A stretch of DNA of 63,705 nt, counting the filler, from Polymyxa betae A26-41 (Eukaryota; Protista; Endomyxa: Phytomyxea), in the NCBI GenBank assembly GCA_003693705.1. It is 8 parts of 8 records of this genome, joined end to end, with 100 filler letters (N's around TTAATTAATTAA, not from the genome) between each part and the next. Parts side by side here need not be neighbours in the genome. Positions count along the whole stretch, not along the records: positions 53,597 to 57,493 come from RBZT01000921.1; positions 57,594 to 62,092 come from RBZT01000285.1; positions 62,193 to 63,705 come from RBZT01000614.1; 5 more parts are not named here. One strand, given 5' to 3'. The notes under the pieces are model-generated. The model was given only the letters and a program-made list of their open reading frames with translations, did not search any database and was not told the DNA's origin. How positions within the stretch are numbered: the first letter of the stretch is position 1; every line of letters begins with the position of its first letter. Both the position numbers and the translations under genes were made by a program. Positions 54,393 through 63,705 of the stretch are shown in pieces.

Positions 54393-55620
54393 TGAGTCTG
54401 CAGATGTCAACATGAAGAACTCTCCCTGGCGCCTGATTCGCCTTATGGGAATGGTCGCGGGGTTCAAACGGAAGCTTCGCTGATTTTCCTGTTGCGCACG
54501 TGGTTCCGATAGCGGCACACCGGTTAGCACCTGGCTGTTGATTGCGTCAATGATGGACCGGACTGGAGCATGTGCGAGTCGTTTATGCCATATGTCCATG
54601 TTGGCGGAGGGCGAGTAGGGTATACATCATGTCTTAGTTGGTCGCCTATTACGTACGACCGTTCTGCAATTGGCCTTTAGGAACCATCTGACTCGGCCGT
54701 GTTTCTCAAGCAGACAATGCATGCTTAGAAAATCGAAAATTGCACTATCGATATCTCCATCGATACAGGTTTGACCGATAGAGAAAAGACTTCGGTTGGC
54801 GGACCGGACATTTGAGACGTTGCTCACGCCGAATCCAAGGTCCGCGGTGCCGCTACCGTGACTGGAACCCATTAAAAAGGAAATGTGATCTTCAAACACC
54901 TTGCGTGCTGGCTTCATATTGGGGCAAATGGATGTAGAGGCGCCGGTATCAATAATCCATTTGCCATCATCGCGATAACCGCTCGAAACAAAATTGAACG
55001 TGTTGTTGATATGATGCGTGTCTCTTGAGAATCGTTGTGGATTCGAATGGCAAAGTTTCTCATATGTCCGTTCTTTCACTCTTTCCGCAGTTTGGACAGA
55101 AATGGTTGCGCTGGCGACATTCGGTCTTGTGATGTCCCGATCGCTTGCAGTAACCGCACCGGAGCTCGGAATTCGTGGCCGTGCTGGCGCTATGTGCCTT
55201 TTCGGAGAAGGGATTATCCTTAGCGAATCGATAACGATCTCTCAGGTGTTTATAGGTCTTGAATTCGCGTGCCCCGTAAATAATTGCATCACGGACGCAT
55301 CTCATACTTGATTGTATAATTTGATGATGATAGTAAGAAATATTTTCGAGTCAGTGCTGAGTGCGCCGCAACTTAATTGTATATAGAATTGCGCACGAGC
55401 TTGACTTGATTGATAACTGTCGAAATATCACAGGCGTCATGGAGCGTGAGACCTTCCGCAGAGAAAATATCGGCTGCTGCCTTGCTTTCGAATTGCTTGA
55501 GCAGCTGCTGCCAGGTTGATGGTGAGTCCGGAAACTCCACCGCCAGAGTCTTGGAGAATTTGATCAGAAAATGATGGAGAAGCAAAAGATTGGCCTTTGA
55601 GTGGCGTCGGTGCCAGTCAG
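54393..55620 (-). mobile_element. Ty1/Copia gag-protease-preintegrase remnant
   Basis: Zinc knuckle CGYCKRSGHHKTEC, protease WIIDTGAS, DIWHKRLAH and LHVDIC; cut by the Gypsy LTR. Confidence 0.85.
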
Positions 55621-55780
55621 GCTGGTGCGCACCTGCGGAGCTGGTATTGCGGCCTGCGAGGCCGGTTTCATGCGTGCTGGTTTATGCTGCAGTCGGCATA
55701 AACTGGAAACATTGCAGATTAGCCTAGTGATTGCGGCTTTCTAAGACCTTGGTTCAAGTTAATAAACCCTGTGGCGCAAT

Positions 55781-57170
55781 TAGAGATGGCTTCGGCTCAG
55801 AGCCACTCGAGCCGACTCAGAAATTTGCCTTAGCCACTCAAGCCGGTGTTGAGTCGGCTCGGAGCCCGCTCGAGTCAGCTCATTTTTGAGTCGGTTCAGA
55901 ACCTGCTTGAGCCGGCTCTCAGTTGACTCGAGTCGGCTCACTTAACTGATTTCATTTCCGTTTATTAAGTATTAACTTGGTCAGCGCCAACTCTTTTTGC
56001 TTCAATTTTTTAAACGACTGCAACTCCATCAACATCTGAACTGTAACGTCCGAAAGCTTAGCCCTTTTTTGCTTATTGTTAATCCCGCTTTAGAGGACAC
56101 AATTTCGCTTGGGACAGAGGTCGCCGTCACAGCGAGGAAATCTTTTGCCATCAGTAAGATGCGAAGATATAATTTCTTTGTTGAACGGAAAAAAGAGCAT
56201 ATGTCAGATGTGCTGTCCTGCAAATTGAGTGGAGAATGATTGAGCCATCTGTCCACTACCGCCGAGAAACTCTCTCCCTGTGGAGCAGAAGAATCCGCAT
56301 TATCAGGCGATAACATTTTAAATAGGTTCGATGTCGAGACGGTGCGGTTAGCAGCTGAATTTTGCTCACCAGCCTTCCGGTTTTCGTACCTATCATCGTA
56401 ATGAGAACAAGAGGATGATAAAATAATAACGCCTGATGACCGTACTTAGCCTTATAATGTTCATCATAAATGACCTCGATCGTAGTTTTCTGTCGTTGGA
56501 CACCAACGCCGCATTTTTCCAGGTGATTCTTGACCCTGGGGTCAAGGATTCCTGCGCATATCGCAAACTCGTTGCCAACCACGTCGTAATACTGGTCCAG
56601 TTTTGTGATTGCAGCCTCGGCGAATTGTATTGTGTGAGTCGACTTGAATCCTGAACAATTGTCAATTGCTCGTTGCATTTCGTCCCGAAGACAGTAGATC
56701 ACTGGAATAATGATGCCGAGGGTGGGGTATGTCGAGCCAGATAACAACACTGTCGCCTCTTTGAAATGTCCCAGAAACGAATGGAAATCAGATATTGCTG
56801 ACCAGAGCATGTCATTAAAACCACGGGCAATGTAATCGTTCGGTAAAATAGTAAGTCGATCGTAGCCAGGAAAAGAAAGTTGAATGCGACGAAGGAGCTC
56901 ATCAATAGCGCATCTTATTTGCAGTAAAACATCGATCATGTCCCAAGTCGATTTCCAACGAGTTTCGCAGTCCAACAAAAGCTGACGGAAATTAATTCGA
57001 AGATCACCGCAAACAGCTTCTAGGCGTTCACGAAGCTTGGGAGAATCATTAACCTTTGTAACGAATTCACGAAACCGTCCAATACTGGAACTCATGAAGT
57101 CACAATCTTTCATTCCCTTTCTGACGCACAATTAAAGAACATGTGCAAGGCAACGAAAGAGATTCACATT
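55781..57170 (-). mobile_element. hAT transposon 3' half with terminus and subterminal repeats
   Basis: CLAHVL, DCETRWKSTWDMI, LSGSTYPTL, LDPR and AKDFLAVTATSVPSE; terminus TAGAGATGGC at 55781 with many GAGCC/GAGTCGGCTC repeats to 55940. Confidence 0.88.
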
Positions 57171-57786
57171 CTGAACCGATTCTTGCGGTACCTCCTCAGG
57201 CTCAGTATCATCATCTGTAGTGAGGCTGTCTCACATTCAAGACAAATAGAACAACTGAGTCAATCGATGCTAATGATTGATCAGTGACATTGATCCATCG
57301 GAAGGTATCCGTGGAAAACCCTAACGTGACAGGGGGAGACCCGAAAGGGCCAAATCGCCACTGGAGGCCCAGTGGCGGCGGAAACTGCGTGAGTCACGTT
57401 CCGGCCTCCGGAAGCCCGGAACTACCCTGGCCGGCCTGGACGAGACCTTGGGGCCTGGAATCTAATTATACTAAATCATAATTCAATTGTGCTNNNNNNN
57501 NNNNNNNNNNNNNNNNNNNNNNNNNNNNNNNNNNNNNTTAATTAATTAANNNNNNNNNNNNNNNNNNNNNNNNNNNNNNNNNNNNNNNNNNNNTGTGGAT
57601 TGAGCTAATCCAACAGATTAAGACCGCCGGTAGGCCCGGTACGGTACCCCGGCAGTTGCGCTATGGTGGGCCGTAATGAAGGACAAGAATTCACAGTGAT
57701 CTCTGACCACCTTCCTTTGGCGCCTGAAAGATTTTGACGATCCGAGGGGCCCACCGATGATGGATTCCAACCCTTTGTAAAATGCA

Positions 57787-57846
57787 TGGATCGGACTCCC
57801 GGAATCGGATGCGACTTGGGAGCCACCAAGCAATTTGAAGACAGCT
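57787..57846 (+). mobile_element. Chromodomain remnant, probably from a chromoviral Gypsy integrase
   Basis: WIGLPESDATWEPPSNLK. Confidence 0.7.
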
Positions 57847-58798
57847 CCAGTACAGAGTCTAGAATAAGTGTCACGGAATGCCGCAGTAAACATCATTATT
57901 GAAGACGGAGCATCTACTTGGGTTCCAACGTCGTCTCGCGATCGGGCGCTTAACCAAGGACAACCAACACAATGCCTTCGCGGTCGCCAACACTCATGGT
58001 CAGCTGACACCCGACAAGAATAATCTTGGCCAGCATGTTCCGGATAACCAATGACTGGTATAAGTGCGTCTGATTTTAACTTTGTCCGGCAGAGATCCAG
58101 TCAGATTTTTTTGTAACTAGAAGCGTCATTTGGACCCCGGTTGAACCCTATTGAACCCGGGGATGAAGTCTGCGAGATCAGAGGAGAGAGGGAGCCCTCA
58201 GGTGAGATTCATACTGCTATCAATTGCTCTCTCTCTCTCTCTCGATTCTAATTCTTATCATGGTGAAAACTGAGGTTCGTGTGTTCGCTTGCGGCTGCGA
58301 CGAGGGCAGCCATGAGTCACCCGAAAGGCAACTCGCTTGCTGAACGCCATCATGCCTTTGAACGGGTACTTTGGGGCAACTGCATTAAGTTATTGATCGA
58401 GTTTGTGCTGTGCGGGACCCTTGCGCACTCGACCGGATCCGCGTCTAGTTGGGGCTATCTCCTCATTTCCTGTCCCACAAAAATTGGCAAAGCCTCGCGG
58501 TTTCCATGGGCTCTCTGTATCGACAAGTTTGCCGGCATTGCTAAGATATGAACGCGCTTTTTTCGTAAGCCAGTAACGATGACGAAGTCAAAGCGATCGA
58601 AACAATTGAGCGTCTCCTCCGGCAACACCGACGGGTGCGCGTGGGAAAGTCAACTGCACCGAATCGAAGCTTGGAGATGAGAAAAATCCGGGTATCGCTG
58701 TTGCCTGGAACGACGTTGATGTGTTACACCGTTATCTTGGTGTTCACGGCGCTCCGATTAATAAGGGACCTGATGCTGCTGCCTCCAGTCAGGCAATA

Positions 58799-59308
58799 TG
58801 TAAGGCTTCAGATCAAAGGTTCCTCGTTTATTTCAATAAACAGGAAGATGTGTTGTTTGGGGCTTTGGTAATCTTAAGCAGCGGCGGCAGTGATGATCTA
58901 GGTGACGGTAGCGACGGGGGCGGAGACAATGAGAGTATCAGGGGCTGAGACTTCGATAGTGATTGAGGGGGAGACGATAGTTGTAGCGGAGGCGAAGACG
59001 ACGATAACAATAAAGGCGTGGACGACGAGCGTGACGGAGGTGGAGAAGACGATAGCAACTGAGGCGAAGACGATGGTAGTAACTCTGAGGAAGACGATGA
59101 ACGCGGTGAAGGCGAAGACGATGTTATAAGCAGAGGCGGAGACGGTGATGAGGATGGCGACCTACGCGGCGGGGTCGAGGTCGGGTGCGCCCGAGACTCT
59201 CGAGACGACAAGGACAACCGATCGAGAGAAAGGAGTTGATCAGAGTGGCCGCGCTGTGCGGCGCACTTCTCTATATCTCCCAGGACTGTCGTGCCTAGAG
59301 GCATTACA
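58799..59308 (+). mobile_element. Solo LTR (510 bp), copy 2
   Basis: TGTAA...TTACA termini with perfect 5-bp TSD CAATA (58794-58798, 59309-59313). Confidence 0.9.
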
Positions 59309-60982
59309 CAATAAGAGTCTGATTTGGTACACTCGTAATCGGATCGGAATACAACCGGAGGCACACGTCGCTCTCGTTGTAAGACCCTTTTTGTGTGTTC
59401 ACCCCGCGCTTATTTGCTGGCAGGGTTGGCGGTGTATCGACCAAATTTTATCACCATTTCACGATCGCTCTGTACGGGCAAATCTTAAATTCTTTACAAA
59501 CACGTGCTCTCAAGCTTGTATGGGGCCCTGCGCTTGACGTTGCTGGCCTTCGCGCAGGAAGATTTACATGGTTACGGAAGCGGGAGAAGGGCGAAATGAA
59601 GCCATGCATCAAGTTTTTCCCGTTTTTGTGATTCACGTCAGCAGGTCACCGACCGTGATCTTTTACAGCGCGTTTTTGTCCAACTGCATGACCCCGGAGC
59701 AATGACGCCGGCTGATGATTTGCCACCAACAGTCTAAAAGGTGTTTAAATTTGACTGCGCCGATCGCTGGGATCTCCAGCAGGCGAGCCAAGGCCGTCGG
59801 TACCTGGTCATCAGGGCGTGCCTGAGTTTCTTTCGACTGTTGGTGGCCACCATCAATGTCCGTGACGTCGCCGAGGCCATTGGTCCAGCGGTTAATACCA
59901 AGTCATTTTCGATGGCTTAAATCTGACTTTGACGTCGTCTCTAGAGCTACGGAACCCTGACATAACAGGAACAGGACCAATCTATTTCGTTTCTCACAAT
60001 CATGCATGCATTTATCGTACAAACTGTTGCACGTGCCCGACATATCATCTGCAATCTTTCTTTTATTTGTTAGTATACTATTTATTATATATTATAGGTC
60101 TATAACGTGATATTTTTGAAATTTTTTTCAATAATATCGCTTGTTATTATATTTACTTTCTTCTATTATCTAAAATTACCCGATCTTATATATATAGTAT
60201 AGCCGCTTATTCTTGGTCTAATGGTCTTCCTCCCTCGTTTGTAAGCATAATTACCACACTTACTCAAGGATAGTATGTAGACTTGAGAATTGATGAAATA
60301 TCTCATTGAATCCAGGCCCCATACCACTCGGCCATACTTGATACTTCCAATACCCGATATACTAACATCAATTTGGCGGCTATGAATACACATATTTCAT
60401 CAATTCCTTTAATTTAAGTTCCAAGTAATCAACTTGTGCACTCAAATTTCCAACCTCTTCTTTCAGTGATACAATACTTGCTGTGAGACTGGCATTATCA
60501 ACCAATGAGACACTTAACTTAGTTTCAGATGCCCCCATTCTATATTCCCCTTTCATCATAGCATCTCCCGATTTCTGAATCACTATCGCGAATTTCTGCC
60601 AACTCTCCCACCAAGCGTCACGGCACGCCTAGGGTTCCGATCGGTACCGGTACAACCCGACTACCGACACAACGGCCATGCGAAAGTATGGACTGGTAAA
60701 CTGCCAACGCACTTCGCCATCTCTCATATTTTCATTACGACTGCATGATTAGGAGTACACTATCTCGGAAGCAAAGCCTGACGTTCAGCGGTCCACCTTA
60801 AAGGCACCATCGCGTCGAGCCAATCAGGGATGTCGTCATCCAGATCCAGTCTTGCATGACGACGAGCCGCTTATGCTGTGTGGAATCTCCAGCGGTAGTT
60901 CCGAGTCTGTCGTAACGTCACCAATTCGGCATGGTAATCTTCGCTTTGCCATTAAGTACTTTAGTCTTCCCAGCTAAGGACC

Positions 60983-61090
60983 TCGAGTAGATTCAATAGG
61001 TTATTGGAACGTTCATTTAGAACGGTTCCCAAATCTTAGCAAAGTTGCCAAACACATTCTTTGCATCCCAGATTCATCGGTCTCAATTAA
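60983..61090 (+). mobile_element. hAT dimerisation-domain remnant
   Basis: YWNVHLERFPNLSKVAKHILCIPDSSVSIKRSF. Confidence 0.75.
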
Positions 61091-62192
61091 ACGGAGTTTT
61101 CAATGCGGTCTAAATGTGCGCTAAAGTGACAGAATAAACAGGTGATAGGATGTTTATACAGCTTGTATTGAAAATTCGGCAGCCTGTTTTGGCGACTGAG
61201 CCGCCATGTCAATGACAAGGCGAATCGTGCTGCCCGTTATTTTTGAGGTAATATACCGAAGATCCGGCATTTCAGGAATGACAGCTGCCGGCAGTGGGAT
61301 TGTGATTTGGAAAATCTGTAGCATATGGCCTTGGAAGTAATGTACGATGGCCTTACTTTAAGTCGTTCAGAATGCTATTTACATGGGTGGGATCGACGTA
61401 GTCTACAGGGTCAACTGTGCTCTGTTTCAGTAAAAATACAACATGGCTCTCATCCTCTGCAACTTTTGCCGTGACTGCGTGGCCTGTAACAATGTAACCA
61501 GGCATAGTATCAGGCATATCCAATCGCGGTCATCTGTGGAATAACGGATAAGTTCATGAAACACCAAATTGTTTGCGCGCTACGATGGATTTAGATGTTT
61601 CCGGTGTCATGGTGGCCTTGACATCCAGACCTATTTTTTTTGTTGGGAATGGTAGGAGGTACTGGCGAACTGCTGGGAAGTGGCCGCTTTTTGCCTGAAC
61701 CAGCTTGAGTTGGCTACATCGCGCATTGAACCTTCGGTGTCAGAAGACAGGCTGCAAGATAAAGTGTTGTCAGAAACCATTTCATCAGCATCTGTTCCAA
61801 CATCTTCTGGCCGATTTTCGAAGTCTTGTTGCATTAAATCAGAAGATATGTCATGCCCATTGAGCATGACAGTACTCGCAGCCGCCCAGCCGACCACCAG
61901 GCAGTCGTACTGGCCCTTCCTGAGGGGCTGCGCAGAGGGCTGCGCCCCTGCCGACGATTCCTATAGGGGAAGAGCCCTAACTGTCACGGACTGCGCGGGT
62001 CCCCTCGTCTCCCTACTATGAATGGCGAGGAGCGGCCTCCACGCAACCATTCCGATCAACTCCAAAATTCATACGTTTCTCATCTCGTCTCCNNNNNNNN
62101 NNNNNNNNNNNNNNNNNNNNNNNNNNNNNNNNNNNNTTAATTAATTAANNNNNNNNNNNNNNNNNNNNNNNNNNNNNNNNNNNNNNNNNNNN

Positions 62193-63380
62193 GTCTCTTC
62201 ATCTATAGCGAAGCCGGCTATTGCACCATTTGGAGATCGGTACCAGTCAACATAGGCTAAAAGTACTTCAGCGGTATCATCGTTGATCCTTATCTTTGTG
62301 AACCAGTTGGCGGCAGCAAACCAAACTGTATCGTGGGATTGCACTGTTGCCACCTTAACTTGCATCATATGGTTGCTTGTTTTCAATGCTTTGTTTCGCT
62401 CGTATTCCCGAAAGCGAAATATTCTACCGCTATGCATTATTCGTTTGATGCTGGCAAATTCCCCTATCCAACAGTGGTGGTGAGACCCGAAAACGTAAGA
62501 GCTCTTTCTGAAATCTTATTAACTTTCCAATTATGTATGTGTTTATTTTAATGTCAAGTTCCAAATTGAAATTAAAGCCGGCAATGGTGATTTACATCTA
62601 ACTCTAAAAACTTCCCCAAAAGGCCATACTACAATAAACGAACGATATAACAAACTTACCTTGCAATGCGGCTATCAATGATTTGTCGAATCCTGCATCA
62701 ATGAGAAACGCAATCAAGTCATCCCTGTTGCGTTGGAAAAATGCAATCGGTTGTGCTTGCAATCTCTCGTCGTTGAATGAAGTTCCAATTTTGGAATTCA
62801 CAGCCATCACAGCGTGACGATATTCTTCAAAGCTGTGGAACAGATCTTCGTGGAACTTCCCTATCGATAAAATATATATTGGTCAACTGTCCACACCCAA
62901 GTTGATACCTATCTGCGAATCGTTTTGATTAAAAACAACGGAAGCACTTTCGGAACTGCCTTCGTTAACATCTTCTCCTGCTGCCCCGAAAGTTCGTATT
63001 CTTTCGGCACTATGGGAGAATGGTTGATGATGCTCATACCTAAATTGCTTCTGAGTCATCATCGATATTGTTGACCGTTGGTTACCTGAAACAGGCTACA
63101 ATAACCTGTTCGTAGAAATTCTTCATAATGTTCACAGCTTGGCCTTTGGAGGCGTGGCTCATCGATTTTGTCGGTCTCATAAACCGCTCAGACCAAAAAT
63201 TCCAAGACGTTCCTGTTAAAGGCCCTAAGTCTTGAAGCAAATAGGGAACTACGTGCAAAATTAAATGCACAGGAAGAGTCATGAACATACAAGGAAGTTG
63301 CTGTTCAACATGCTTAGGTTAGGATTGAGTGAGAATAGCAATAAAGCCTAACCTCTTCAAGCAATGTTAGAGCTTCTGTG
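62193..63380 (-). mobile_element. CACTA/EnSpm-type transposase C-terminal remnant with introns
   Basis: VHLILHVV..LQDLGPL....WNFWSERFM, resembling the EnSpm H..H..GP..W.F..ER motif. Confidence 0.7.
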
Positions 63381-63392
63381 AGCTCAACCTTG

Positions 63393-63700
63393 GAGCGGAT
63401 CCTCCAATCGCGATACGCTACTAAATTGACACACACGAATTACAGCTCGTTATCAACTCTGATTTATTCCAGCTCGAATCCCAGGACCCAAATCCAGCTC
63501 GGTCCGTACGGATGCCGTACGGACCTCTCGGGGGTCGAGCCTATTAATATTAAGGTACGTCGTCATACTTCCATCAGGTTCGCATCTTTGTTATGCATCA
63601 GATTTATGCGTCCGTCATCAGGAGCCATTGCGTGCGCAGTTCGTCAAACTGCGTACGCTGTTTTTTGGGTATTCAGAATTTTATATTATTATTTTAATAA
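63393..63700. repeat. Hairpin-rich dispersed repeat, copy 2
   Basis: Homologous to 49281-49592. Confidence 0.8.
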
Positions 63701-63705
63701 ATCTG

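Noticed and set aside
61920-62050. GC-rich hairpin cluster (GGGGCTGCGC..GCGCCCC) near a contig end
   Set aside because: Single truncated copy; likely a TE terminus but unclassifiable

Overview
Eukaryotic genomic DNA made of 8 contigs joined by artificial 100-bp spacers (44 N + TTAATTAATTAA + 44 N) at 20996, 31876, 39571, 49593, 53497, 57494 and 62093, so adjacency across spacers is unproven. Contig 1 (1-20995) is gene-dense, with short (~45-60 nt) GT-AG introns. It carries a P5A-ATPase, a multi-TM protein, a SANT-BTB (SANBR/KIAA1841-like) protein, DDX46/Prp5, CMC4, a bZIP factor, PET117, DNAJC17, a secreted thaumatin-like protein and ATG10, plus a 1.07-kb palindrome-rich DNA transposon with a 4-bp TSD. 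Its two ends are the same 23-bp sequence in inverted orientation. The remaining contigs are an accessory, TE-rich compartment with effector-like genes. These include a head-to-head pair of intronless secreted ankyrin proteins (one frameshifted) and two decayed multi-exon genes ending in RING fingers that the ORF track misses, one with a signal peptide (candidate secreted E3-ligase family). There is also an intact Crinkler/RHS-type NTPase+nuclease gene with an atypical Ala-rich header, two tRNAs, and nested Tc1, pogo, hAT, CACTA, Copia and Gypsy remnants, including solo LTRs with TSDs and a Gypsy with a Tf1-type self-priming signature. Gene style and effector repertoire suggest a parasitic protist such as a phytomyxid; this is inference only. 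Exon models were read by eye and need RNA-seq confirmation.
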